A stretch of DNA of 64,000 bases, from NCBI GenBank assembly GCA_035221665.1, contig CM069149.1:31682001-31746000 (forward strand), in the 5' to 3' direction. The notes beneath the pieces are model-generated. The model was given only the letters and a program-made list of their open reading frames with translations, had not been told where the DNA came from and made no database searches. The DNA is from Okamejei kenojei (taxonomy: Eukaryota). Shown here one piece after another: positions 1 through 12,790 of the stretch (positions are counted from its first letter, which is position 1; each line of letters opens with the position of its first letter). The position numbers and the translations under genes were made by a program.

Positions 1-220
1 CGGATCTCCTCCTTGTTTTTTTCGGTGCGACTACCATGGAGGAAACCCAGTCAGATGGGTCAGTAACTTCAGCAATGGCACCCATGGAGACCATCCGCTC
101 GAGTTCATTGTGTGCTCTGTCACGCATGGCATGCAGAACACTACGTGGTGCTCAAACCATAGGAGTGACCTTGGGATCAACGGTAATGTGATACTTGAGG
201 GGCAACTTGCCAAGCTTTAA
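1..220 (-). mobile_element. Gypsy/Ty3 LTR retrotransposon pol fragment (region at the start of RT), degenerate, runs off the window edge
   Basis: The minus frame reads KLGKLPLKYHITVDPKVTPMV*APRSVLHAMRDRAHNELERMVSMGAIAEVTDPSDWVSSMVVAPKKNKEEIR, typical of the Gypsy pre-RT/RT N-terminus. One in-frame TGA at 152-154 (likely CGA>TGA). Confidence 0.8.
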
Positions 221-613
221 TAGAGCAAGTTGAATAGAGCAATAGAGCAAGGAAAGAGCTATTCTTGAGCCTGGAGGTAACTGTTCTTGGGCTCCTGTGC
301 TTTCTTCCCGATGGTAGGGTGAGGTGAGAGTGTGGCGGGGGGGAATCATTGTCTAAAAATAAAGGGCCACCAATGTACGGCAGAGATGAGGCAATATTTC
401 ATCTTTCAATAGGTTGCTTATCATTCCAATTCTCTTCCTCAAAGTGCTGTGAAAAGAGAGCCATTGCATGTTTTTAAGTCAGAGACACTTTGATGCTTGA
501 TGCGATAGGAGGTAATAAGTTACTAGGGTTAGAGGAAGGTGGAGTTGAGAATACAGACAAATTAGCCATAATTTTAATGAATAATTGTGCCGGCTTGGGG
601 GGAGGGGGTGGGC

Positions 614-659
614 TGAGTGGTCTACTTCTCCTAGTTTGAGTGGTCTACTTCTCCTAGTT
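614..659. repeat. perfect 23-bp tandem duplication (tgagtggtctacttctcctagtt x2)
   Basis: Directly visible at 614-636 and 637-659. Confidence 0.9.
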
Positions 660-1662
660 CACACGCTTGCATGCTTACTGCAGCAATGAAAAATACTGTT
701 ATTTCTGGATACAGTGCTACTGGCAGGCTTGTGATGCAGTATGTTTTGTCAACATTTGCTGTTTTTTTCTTCAAAGCACTCACTTTGCTGCTGTTGCTTT
801 ATGCTCGAAAATACAGTAACACTTGTATTATTCAACGGGATTTTTTTTGCAGTCCATTGTAATTTGCTGCAGGAAGGCAGAAGGAAATGGACTCAGAAGC
901 CCTTACTTTATTTCAAATCAATGCAGTGATCGAAGGGAGGGAAGCCATCCATTTTTAGTTTATTGAAAGACGGTGTTTTTCCCTTGTGAATAGCTCTTCC
1001 AGCTAAAATGGACTAATTAGTAACACACCTTTTACAAAAATGTCTTGGCGAGAAAATTAAAGTGTGTGTTGGAGGTATAGAGGGAAAACTGTTGCCTTTA
1101 GTTTAGACAAACCTATTTTAGCAGCACGCCTTCCAGTCTTAACAATAGGCTAGTCTGTGACTTTGTCCCATTTTAATTGGAATTAAATAATTTATGAGAA
1201 GAGGGAAACAGAGGCTGAGCGACTGATGGCTGTCAACAGGATGCCCCCAATTTTCATATACTGGCTTTAAGTTGTTCAGTGTACTGCCTCTCATTTTAGT
1301 CCTGACTGATATTTCTCTGCAGACTTGTGAACATACCTGCATACCTGACATTTTTGCCACTTAAACGGCTCCTTCTCAGGCACGACGGCACAGACTTCCA
1401 AGGAAAAGATGGGACCTCCCGGTCAGTCTAAGTCGAACATGCATGGGGCTTAGTTGCAAAGAAAGATTTGGAGCTAACTATGGCTGCAATGGCTGGTGCA
1501 ATTGTGCAGTAAATTTCACAATAACTAACAGGATGTAAAGATGCACTGTTAATTGGCTAACATAATTCTCAGATCTTCTTGCAGTACAATTACATTTGTG
1601 CTGAATCTAACAAGTTAGATTTTTGCTTGAATAGCTATGATGTCTTCATAACTTTATTTCAA

Positions 1663-2045
1663 GATTTCAAGGTCAGTTTATTGTCATATGTACCAATTAT
1701 GGTGAAATTTGAGTTGCCAATCTAAGTGAAAAGCAACAACACACACAACCACATAAAAGTTAACATAAACATGCATCATAGTGGATTCCACATTCCTCAC
1801 TGTGATGGAAGGCAATAAAGTTCAATCTTCTTATTCTTTGTTCTCCCGTGGTCAGGGCAGTCAAACCATCCGCAGCCGGGGCGATCAAAGCCCTCCGCAG
1901 CCGACAATTGAAACCCCCGTCGGGGTGATCGAAACTCCTGCGTCGGGGCGGTTGAAACTCTCTCCGCGGCATGGAGATCCCGAGTCGGCCTCTTCTTACC
2001 AGAGACCGCAGGCTTCACGGTTGAAGTCCACAGGCCCCACGGTTG
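1663..2045 (-). mobile_element. non-autonomous LINE-derived element (same family as 10943-11152 and 60191-60845)
   Basis: Shares the block acataaacat...ccacattcctcactgtgatggaaggc...ttctcccg(c/t)ggtc with the two other copies; its GC-rich part has short internal repeats. Confidence 0.6.
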
Positions 2046-2070
2046 GCATTGCAGATAGTTTATATCAAAG

Positions 2071-2241
2071 ATAGATACAAAATGCTGGAGTAACTCAGTG
2101 AGTCGGGCAGCATCTCTGGAGAAAATGAACAGGTGAAGTTTCAGGTCGTATCTGAAGAATGGTCTTGACCTGAAACATCACATCCATTTTCTACAGAGAT
2201 GCTGTCTGACCCACTGACTTGCCCCAGCAATGTGTGTCTAT
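2071..2241. mobile_element. head-to-head inverted pair of Penelope pseudo-LTR/SINE-like units
   Basis: atagatacaaaatgctggagtaactcag...gtttcaggtc is followed by its near reverse complement ctgaagaatggtcttgacctgaaac...ccagcaatgtgtgtctat. Confidence 0.75.
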
Positions 2242-3539
2242 CTTTGCAATTCAAGTTATTGGGCCAGAATTGCTAGCTGTATTATCCCAGGAGGCACCTT
2301 CCTTTACTGGCCAGCCCTGTTGCTGTGCAATGGAATCCAATGATTTGCGGTTTGCTCTCGATTTAGGAGGAATTGGTTCTCCCAGCCCTGCACATAAAAC
2401 CGAACCTCACAACTTTATGTTTTGCTTCATCAATTTCCTGGACGTTCACATTAAAAGCCTTTATTGGTATATGTTGGCTTGCACCCAGATGCAAAATAAA
2501 ATCCTGTGTCAGGTGTCATGGCAGTTTAAATAATCCCAAACACATCCTACTGCTTTTTCACCATAGGCATGGTTTCTCATGTTAAAAGGTTCCAAGGGTG
2601 AAATGACAATGAAACACCAATGATAAACTGGAATAATGTATTCTATCATTGCAAAGCTGCTTCCTGGACATGAAGGGCAGTTTCCCCAGACACAAGGATG
2701 TGAGAGTGAGAAATTTGCATAAACACTAAAATGGGCAAATGTGAATGGGACAGCAACCAAAAGAGGGCTTTAACAGACAGGCTGAGGTAGAGCAGTGCTT
2801 TTACTTGGCAAAGGTTGGTTGAAGCAAAGCAGATAAATGAAGTTACGGTATATATGAACTAAACGTAAAGGGTGAGACAGGCTTAAGGGACAAAGGCCCA
2901 TTCCTTCTCCCTTTCTGGTGAGGTATAAGGTTCAGAGTTGAACAAGATGCCAAGATTGTGTTCAGCTTGAAATGCTGGTAAAGGACAGGAACTACATGAG
3001 TGGTAGGATTCCAAAATTCTGCTCAGAGCCAAAGACCATTGGAGCTCATCCAAAAGCAGTTGTGTCTTGACAGCAGAGTGCTTGATATGGAAAACTTTCT
3101 GAAACTATGACAGGAGAGGAAAGATATTTGCTTGTCTTTGTGGTGCCACATTCATTTGTGGGCATGCTTTTTACTCCAGTCTCAACAACTCAAATTGGCA
3201 TCATAGAATCACCAGGTGACAATCTTGAAACAATGATACACATTATCACCTAAAAATAAAGCTTCACATTCTCAAAATTATCTCCAGTAACACTGCAGCA
3301 TGTTATCTTAATCCTGCAAAAGTGCATGTCTGAACTGTTTCAACACAAAAATCAATTTAATCTGCACAGCAATATTTTTTTAAATACTGGCTGGACAAAT
3401 ACCCCAGACTGAACGACTCTCCACAGCTGATAAAAACTGAAACTTAATTTATTTTAAAATTGTAATTAAAGATATAAAAATACATCATAATTCTCCACAT
3501 TTGCAAAAAAAAAAGGAAACCATTGTCAGCTTGTTTTTG

Positions 3540-3679
3540 TAGGAACGAACAGCAGATGCTGGTTAATACCAAATATAGACACAAAATGCTGGAGGAACTA
3601 AGGAGGCAGCATCTCTGGAGAAAGAAATAGATGTTTTGGGTCAGAACTCTTCTTCAGACAAAAACTTTGAAGAAGGGTT
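3540..3679 (-). mobile_element. Penelope pseudo-LTR solo copy with 12-bp TSD agcttgtttttg
   Basis: Family consensus in reverse orientation; TSD at 3528-3539 and 3680-3691. Confidence 0.75.
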
Positions 3680-4389
3680 AGCTTGTTTTTGATCTGTATC
3701 ATTGTGCACTAGTGTCTTTATACACATAACTAAAACAAACTATCTGGGCATCTACAGTAAAATCAAAATACATTTGACACAACAGGCTTTCAGTGAAATC
3801 CGGAACTCCCATCGGATATATTGTATTATAGATATTATCTATAAAAAGTAACCATCAAATATAACTCTTTTGATATAACCTGGTCTCAGACAGCATAAAA
3901 GTCATTAGATAAAGTAATGTTCTGCTATTCTCAAGGAGACATACAGAAACACCTGCCTGCACGAGGATACAGTATTAAAACATTTTCTCTGGTCACATGA
4001 ACACCTATGTCACAGTGGTTCTATAGGTCAAACAAGATTTAGGTCACTCAAATCACCATGTCCTTGGTGAAAATCAGAATACATCAAAGATACACATACT
4101 TCTATCAAGCTTTCAGAAGGGCAAGGAAGTGAAACAAACTTAAAACTCGATACTGTGGCCCAGAACAACATGGCATACCCAAAGGCAATGGCACCATCTC
4201 ATCCTGGAGAATCCTAATCCCACCATCTCAGGTTAGTTGGAGAATTAAACTCCTGGGCTAACTTATTTATAAAACTTGAATTTGACCCATTGTCCACATT
4301 GGCGCCCAGCAGAACAGTCCTTTCAGTCCCAGTCTCCTTATCAGCCTATACCCTACATATACCCAACAACTCATTCATTCTTTTGCTGC

Positions 4390-4605
4390 ATTCACACTAT
4401 GGTTAATTTACAGCAGGTTTTTGGAATGCTGGAGGAAACTAGGGGACTTAGAGGGGGATGGGGGGGGGGGGGGGGGGGGGGGGGAGATTAATACTTGCAG
4501 GGGAACTATGCAAACTCCAAATTAGCAGTAGCAAGGTCAGAATGAAAGACAGGCCCTCGGAGCCTGTGAAGCAGCAGCACTAACTGCTACACCTCCATGC
4601 TGCCC
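4390..4605 (-). mobile_element. degenerate tRNA-derived V-SINE (HE1-like)
   Basis: Reverse-complement similarity to the SINE at 32450-32660; interrupted by a poly-G run. Confidence 0.5.
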
Positions 4606-6220
4606 TGAGTTGAAGAAGTCAAATCCTATACACCAATATCAGCTACAGTGTCAAATTTCCAAAAGCAGTCCTAGAATCCCAGATAAACTGCAAACACGAA
4701 ACCAACCTCACCTGTATCGACCCATTACCTGCCAGGCTTTGTCCTGTCCCTCGTCTTTCAGCTTTCTCTCCCCCCACCCTTTATAAAGAGACCCGACACA
4801 AAACATAATCTAAAAATGTTCACCAGTGATGCTGCCTGGTCTGACGAGTTACCCCAGCACTTTGTGTCCTTTTTGGTAACCTGCATCTGCAATTCCTTAT
4901 TTCTACAAACCCAACATTGCTGAGTTAGCTGGAGAATCAATTCCGACTGCCTCGTGTTATTTCTGCCTCGTATGATAGGGCATGATCACATTGAATGGTG
5001 GTGCTGGCTCGAAGGGCCGAATGGCCTACTTCTGCACCTATTGTCCATTGTCTAATGCCTATCTGGATAAAGCAAATTCAAGACTGGCTGAAGGACCCAA
5101 TCCATCGGATACAGGTTAGATGTGTTCTTGAAAAGGAAAAGGAAGAGAAGCATTAGCAAATAGAAAACTTGGGGCAATGACAGTGGGTACATTTGGAAGC
5201 AGAAAGACCTGCACTGATAAAATCTTGCCAGGAATTGAAGGGCTTATCACCCAATTACCAAGTAACTGCCTTGTACAGTGCCTAGCAATAATTAGGACAT
5301 CCAGAATAGGAAATGAAAGTTTTGGGCATTGAAGATGCGCAGGGATAGATTAGAAAGAGTAAACAAGTAACACTGGAGCTTCCTCAAAGAATGTGGTTGA
5401 GTTGGGAAATATTTTTAACATCACAGTATTGGCAGGCATGTGTGTCAGTGTGAGATAAAGTATAGATATAAATAGCTTAGTCGCAAAAAGCATACAACTA
5501 AACTATGGACATCTCCAACTTTGCTGTCAATGTACCCACCTTCACGTGGTCCATTTTGAATTATTCTCTTTACTATTCTATCTACATTTCGGGAAATGGG
5601 CCGTCAACAAACACGCTGACCCACACAGCTACCTTAACAACATTCCTCTCACCCCAATTTGTCGCCATTCCATCCAACATTCGTACTTTTGTCTCTATCA
5701 CATGTTCTTATGATGCATTAGTCTACAAGACTAATTCTAACATTTATTCATTTTATATTTGTTCACATGCTGATTGCTTCCAAAGCCATATCTGTTGACA
5801 GTTGAGAGGTGACAAGTTACTGGCTCTAAAGTGACCAGACTAGTGGGAAAGACAGGAAAATTGGCACGTTTACTCCCTGACGGGCATCCAAGAACAAAAT
5901 GGGTTTTTACAACATTCTCTACAGACACTGGCTCTTTATTCCAGAGTTACATTTCCTAAATTTAATTTCAATAGTTACTGAATTGGAATTAAAACGAATG
6001 TATCTAAAATCTGGACAACTGCCTTAGAAGCAAGTTCATGTAACTGCTGTAACTGCTGCATTACTGAAACAATCTCTTTTTTTCTTCTACCCAGGGCTCC
6101 TCGCCACCCTTGCTGATAGTCTATCACAAGTACATCCATTTTATTTTCCACAATTTTGCTCATTGTTCTTCTCCTTCCAATTGAATTCCATTCAGAAGAA
6201 CACACCCCCAAAGGACCTTG

Positions 6221-6312
6221 TCTCAAGAAGGGTCTCGACCCAATACGTCATTCATTCCTTCTCTCCAGAGATGCCGCCTGTCCAGCTGAGTTACTCCAAC
6301 TTTTTGTGTCCA
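6221..6312 (+). mobile_element. Penelope pseudo-LTR solo copy
   Basis: tctcaagaagggtctcgaccc...gagttactccaactttttgtgtc, flanked by a cc(c/t)ccaaaggacc duplication. Confidence 0.7.
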
Positions 6313-7247
6313 TCCTCCAAAGGACCAGTTCCTTCTCAGATATGGGTTAATTCACCGATTTAGGTTTATTAATGTCACGTGGATCAATGTACAGTGAAAA
6401 GCTTTTGTATGTGTGCTATCCAATCACATCAGATAATACTATACATGAATACAATCACACCAAAGATAAGTACAAAAGGGTAGAACTATACACAACCAAT
6501 ACTCATTACCCTGCCCATGTTACTTTCTTGGAGAATTGCATGTCTGTCTTTTCCCTTTCCATCATCAAGAATATGCAACTACACTTTCAGGATGAAAAAA
6601 CAATTTATTTGTAATTCTGTCAATTTAATATATCGTGTTAGCTGATCCTAATATTGTTCCGTTGTGAGGAAAGAATTGGTTTGTTCACTCCGCAGACCAA
6701 GTTTCCAGTCAAGTGTCAGATTCAGCATTCCACACTCACTTTAACCATTTACTGTACCAGCATTACTGTAGCTTGGCATTAGCTTGGGGGGCAGCACCTC
6801 CTCTTCAGAATTGGCATCTGACAACCTACCATTCCAAATGAGTATTTCCAACATTTCTCTTTGCCAATTGCTAGCACCGCTAGCATTTCCCTTTCACATA
6901 ATAATTGTTTCTGCCATTTATACTTCCTCCATGCTAATTATTCAAATCATTTCCCATTTTCAATTTGCATTTTATGTGGTTCTAAAGCAATTCTGCCTCC
7001 ATGGATTAACTGACTTGCTGAGTACTTTCAATATTTTACTGTTTATTTCAGATTCTTAGTATCCACTTTTGCACAACGCACAATATTGCAAGTTTCCCCA
7101 ATATTCTAACCTCAACCAAAAATCAATAGAGTTTTCTACATTCAAATGTGTCACTGACCATAAAGTGCCTCGGGGCACCAAAAGGTCAAGATCGACACTA
7201 ATTTAGGCCTTCGTTCAATTTCTGGCGAAGCTAGTAGTTGCAGGTTC

Positions 7248-7266
7248 TCGCCACTAGGTGGCAACG
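7248..7266 (+). promoter_or_regulatory. putative CTCF binding site
   Basis: tcgCCACTAGGTGGCAAc matches the CTCF core CCASYAGRKGGCR; lies ~140 bp into BRAF intron 2. Confidence 0.5.
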
Positions 7267-7372
7267 CGAGGTGAAATTCTGACCTACTTCTCCCAATATT
7301 TGGTCACTCTATTGCACACAGGGTAAAAATCCAGTCAGCATTCAATTGCAGACAATGCCCTAAAAAAAATTA

Positions 7373-7618
<246 letters not shown>

Positions 7619-9074
7619 TCATTAGCAGATGCCAGCAATCTTCCTTCAGCTGCAGGAACTTCCATATTAATGTTCAACGCAACATTGAGAATGCAAAGTC
7701 CATACTTTAGACACCCCAACCTCTTGCAACACAACACATTATCACGGTGCCCCTTTCAATATTCTTGTATATCCCAGATTTCTAATAGTCACCACTGCCT
7801 GCAGCACCCTCAGTTGCTAAAGGCACTCTGGAATATCCAGCTCTTTAATCCCACCTTTTTGATCAAGTGCTGGCTCAATGTCATTTTGTATACAAACACC
7901 TCTTTGAAGCTCCTCGAGACAGTACAAAAATAGATCCACCAGTATCAGCGTCGTATCCACCATTGTCTATGTTTTATCGCACCCTCTTTATTTTACTGTG
8001 CCGCCGTTATATTGTGGTTAAGTTCAAAGATTAGATTTTTCACCTCAATTGTTGTGCCCACTTACTCATTACTGCAAAGGGACAGCAAGCTGGCCTTCTG
8101 CCATTAAAACCGCAATGCGAAACGTACCACGGAATCCAAGCAATCTCAACAGCTAGACTTCAAACAAAGGCTCAGAATGTCTCCCTGCGGAATGCCTGAG
8201 GGCGTTCTGCCAACAGACCACAGAGAAGACTTTACACATCAGACTAGACTCCACTTTGAAGTATTTTGGCAACTTGCCAGTAGCCCTGTCAGGAGGCCAA
8301 CACTGCCCAAACAAATCTTAGGTGGGTAAATGGTTGATTTATATATTAGGCTGGATCTAGCTGAACAGTGAAGCATATCCGAGGGGCTAAATGGACAATT
8401 GCTCTTGTCCATCCCATATTTACTGAAAATGGACATAAGGTCTTGATGCAGGCTATGATAATATTGATGACTTCTCATTCCAAGTATAGATTTACCAAAA
8501 GCAATTGATTATACACATAAAAATATTTATTTGATTGCAAATTAAAACATCTGTTTCTGCTGGACTAGCCCTGATAAGCTTTGATGGGTGATCTCGACTA
8601 ACCACATTGTAGCCTAGTGTTGTACATCAGCGGTACTGTAATACTTATACATAAAATTGGGCCTGCATCCACCAGTATGAAGTCCTGTAATATGGTGAAA
8701 AATGTGTACCCATCAACCTTCTGTCGGGGATAGAACATTATCCATTACAGGACCATGATATTGTAGAGTCAAACAGGTTTATACCAGTGTCATATGGCAA
8801 GAATTACAGTAACCCACCTGCTCCATAAATCCAGTATGATATACCTGCACACATAAGTACTGTACCCATGTATATAGTGGAAGCTCTGTACCTGTGTGAC
8901 AGAGTAGGATAGCCCTGTATCACACAATGTATCCGTGTCATGCAGTCCAATGCATCCACCATTGTTATATCCAGTTATCTACAGTGAACATACTGTATCT
9001 ACCAGGATTTACACGTCAGAGTGCCTATCTAGAACTTCAGTATCTCATGTGAATATTGATATAGACATGAGAGA

Positions 9075-9447
9075 CTGCAGATACCAAAAACTAGAGCAAT
9101 AAATAAACTAGTTTAAGAACTCAGCAGGTTAGGCAGAGGGATAGTCAGTGTTTAACATTAACCCCCTGCATCGAGACCAAGATTAGGGGAGACGATTAGT
9201 ATAGGAGGCTGGTGTACATTAGGTGGAAACATAAGAAAGCGCAAAAAATGTCAGGTGGAGGCAAGTTGGAGAGGGGAGGCAAACGGTACAGAGACTGGTT
9301 GGTGATATGTGGATAGGAATCGAGGGCGAAGATAAAGGGCAGTGAAATTACATATACGAGATGTGTAACATGGCTGTTGCAGACAGAACACGTGATCCGA
9401 GACAAGACTAGACTTGAACTGGCCAGTGTAAAGGAGGCCAAATCTGC
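9075..9447 (-). mobile_element. degenerate Penelope 3' end (GIY-YIG remnant plus pseudo-LTR)
   Basis: Minus frame ...FGLLYTGQFKSSL...; degenerate pLTR at ~9075-9180. Confidence 0.5.
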
Positions 9448-10942
9448 AGGAGGACGAGCACACCCACTGTCCCTGCCATCCAATGCGAGCTTCCAAAAAG
9501 AATCTAACAGTACAAGAATGGTCCACCTAGGAAGCCGAGATACAGCAACGGATTTCGGCTATGCGAACTGATCCGCCTGCTGTGGCCGGATCATTGTTCC
9601 AGAGCGCTTGTCATAGGAGTCAAAGTCCTAATGAGGTCCAGATTGGCTGCCTCATTTGGCCTAGTCGTTACATTTTCAGAGGAACTTCCCAGGGAATTTC
9701 AAATGCGGTCGTAATTTTGTCCGGATTGCTGATGGTGGCAAGGTCAGTATCTGTGATGGACTGGGCAGTGGCTGGATCCAAAGTAAGCAAAACAGGTCAT
9801 GGAGAAGGTCATCAACTCCATATTAATGCAGAGGCAACTGAGAGATGTGTGCAAAAAATAATCCATCTAAAGGGATTCTAAAGAAACTTGATAGCTCACG
9901 GGAATTAATTTATTCATGTTAATTATTCTGCTTCCTCTGTTAGCAACCTCCAATCCCAAAGTTATCTGAATATCAGGATCAAAATCAATTCAATTTTGGT
10001 CATTGAGACTTCAGAGACACAGCACGGAAACAGGCCCTTCGGTTGAGAGTTTGAGGGTACAGTGACACAACATATCTCTTGCATTGCCAGCTGTAGACAA
10101 ATCATTGCTTAAAAAGACACGATGGGAAGATAAATAATTTATTCATTCCATTCTACTCTTCCAGTTATTTTCCTTTTCAGATTCTAAGGTTCATATTTTA
10201 CATCCCTTCTGCACGGGACATCTTGATCAGTTCTTTAAAAAAAACACCTTATTTAGGTAACTGAGCAATAATGTAGTTGCTGCCATAGGAACAATTGCTA
10301 GAGAGTCAACTATATACAATCTATATTAATCACTGAGTGTATTGTGGTCAAATTTGCTAGCAACACAAAGGATCTGAAAGCAAATTGTAAGGAGTAACTT
10401 AAGAAATAGAAGCAGGAATATTCCATTCAGTCCCTCATGTACCATTAAATATCATAACATATCTTTTCCTTCAGTGTGGCTTTCCTGCACCAAACCCATA
10501 TGATTCTGTTAATATCTAAACACCATCAACAGATTAAGACAAAAGCAAGATTCACGCTGAACATAATTCATAGATTCACTACAACATCTAAATCAATAAC
10601 CCAGAGTAGCCAAGCCTCACAGAAGCAAAATAATTCAAAACATTGAGAGAATATGATTGGTGGTATATCATTGCAAATAGAACTACACTGTGAGTCACAT
10701 TATTTCACATGGAGTTGTAGATCACACAGATCATAATATTGATCAAGGTCAGTGGTCTGAGATCAATGGAGGCTGAAATAACTTCATAAAGCAAAAACAA
10801 TTCCAATATGAAGATCACAATTTGATGGAATTAACGTTAAAAGTAGGCAAGTGGAAGACGCAAGCTACATAAGTGAAACTGAGGCTCTGGTCAGTAAAAT
10901 TGAGGCTCTGGTGAAGAATAAGGAAGCATGGAGCAAATCACA

Positions 10943-11152
10943 ATAATACTTTATTAGCCCAGTATGTTTTGCAACATACTAGGAATTTCATTTGCCAAGT
11001 CAGTCATGCAAATAAAAAGCAACGGAACACACAAAACACATTTTAACATAAACATCCACCACAGTGACTCCTCCACATTCCTCACTGTGATGGAAGGCGA
11101 AAAAAGTTAAAATCGCTTCCCTTTGCTCTCCCGCGGTCGGGGGCCTCGAGGT
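10943..11152 (-). mobile_element. non-autonomous LINE-derived element (Rex/Babar-like 3' end)
   Basis: tactttattagcc..gtatgttttgcaacatac..aggaatttcatttg; homologous to 60191-60430. Confidence 0.6.
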
Positions 11153-11179
11153 CCAGTGATTTGGGCAAGAGCGTTCAAA

Positions 11180-11450
11180 GTATGGCGCAAGTTTGCAGAT
11201 GCCACTAAAGTGGGTGGTATTTTAGATATAGAGGATGGTTGTAAAAAATTGCAGCAGGGTCAAGATCGGTTGGGTAGGTGGGCTGAGAAATGGTTAATGG
11301 AGTTTAATACAGAGAGGTGCCAGGTGTTGCATTTTAGGAAGTCAAACCAGATCAGGTTTGACATAGTTCCTTGAAAGTAGATGGGGTGGTCAAGAAGGCT
11401 TTCAGCACATTGGCCTTCATCAGCTAGATTACTGACTATAGAAGTTGAGC
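11180..11450 (+). mobile_element. CR1-type LINE RT fragment
   Basis: KFADATKVGG...DRLGRWAEKWLMEFNTERCQVLHF. Confidence 0.8.
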
Positions 11451-12352
11451 AGGATCTGGGCAAGTTACTCACCTCAGATTCCTTAACTCTAATGTGATCT
11501 TATATGCCACATTCTACATAAGGCTGGTTGACTATTTTTAACATGCAAGCTCAAGAACCTCGACAAATTACAGCAATTTGCAAATAAAATGATTTGCTGG
11601 AAGAAATAGCTTTTGTAATTTCTATAGGAATGCATTTAATTTATATCATTGCTAATCATACACTACCAATTTACAGAGCATAACCTATATGACTTGGCCT
11701 AAATTTAACCCTTTAGGCCCCAGAGTACTAAACTTCCTTGGACACTTTGAATTCTGCTAATCTTGACTTGGAAAATTAATCTAGTGGCAGCAAGAACAGA
11801 AAACTTAAATCATAGGCTATTTTGATGTAGCCAGAAAACATGTTCTTCCTCTTGCAAAGCTTAGTGAAAACATGGTATGCTCTCAGCCAAAAAGCCTGTA
11901 CAATTCGAAGATAATTGGAACATTAATGCCTTCGGATTTTGCTACAGGCTCCAAGTTAAGAAAATGTGATCAAAATACTGAGTAGCAACAATTAACATTT
12001 GACAAATAATCAAAATGGCTATTCCTCTACATGGTTACCTCCTTGCAAACCAATCCATCTCCTTCAAGATCAATTAGGAGATCGTCGTCTTAACAAGCAT
12101 TTTACTTCGGAGTCACGTGAGTGACTACGTGAAGAGCCCGCCTCACGCTGGTAACGGCATGACGTCAACGCTGACGGCGAAAGGAGGAGCTGCGGTAAGG
12201 AGCAGCTCCTCGCAGCGGTCGGAACGGCCCGCAGGTAAGTGAAGTTACATCGGCGCGGTTTTGAAGTTACGCTGGATGGCTCCAGCATCGAAACTAAAAG
12301 TAAAAATTTAGACGTTAACGTGCTGATTGAGCACAGATAAATTTTAACAAAA

Positions 12353-12790
12353 ATGGAGAAATCGGGAAAGAAGGTTTCGCGGGTGAAGAGAGCCTCCCGG
12401 GGTGAAAGTAAATATACGGGACGCGAAGCTAGAGTGGACCCGGTTCCGATACCGCTGGCCACTAATTTACCCGATATAGAATTTCCAGATTCTCCGGAAA
12501 TTATAACCACGGAGGAAAATGCTCCTAAGAAATGCAAAAAGAAAACTGTGAGGCCCGTGGTTTCTGATGATTCTGATTTTGAAAGACCTCCAGACAATAA
12601 AACTATGTGGCTAAAAATGGAGCATATGGAGAAAGTTCTCCAAACTATTATGAGACAAGGGTCACAGTACCCACATGAATCCCAAAAAATCCCTGAGGGG
12701 TTTGAATATGATGAATATGGCTGTGGGCCAAGTTGGGAATATGATACTCCAGACCCACGATTTTGGGCTGGAAGAAGTCTCATGGGATAA
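12353..12790 (+). CDS. DIRS ORF1 (gag-like) N-terminal part, out of frame with the rest of gag
   Basis: 145-aa ATG ORF in good context (aaaATGG) just after the element leader; low-complexity, charged sequence; overlaps the 936-aa ORF in the +1 frame. Confidence 0.6.
   Translation: MEKSGKKVSRVKRASRGESKYTGREARVDPVPIPLATNLPDIEFPDSPEIITTEENAPKKCKKKTVRPVVSDDSDFERPPDNKTMWLKMEHMEKVLQTIMRQGSQYPHESQKIPEGFEYDEYGCGPSWEYDTPDPRFWAGRSLMG

Noticed and set aside
8105-8330. ~70-codon open stretch in BRAF intron 1 (+ strand)
   Set aside because: No recognisable homology or supported splice structure.
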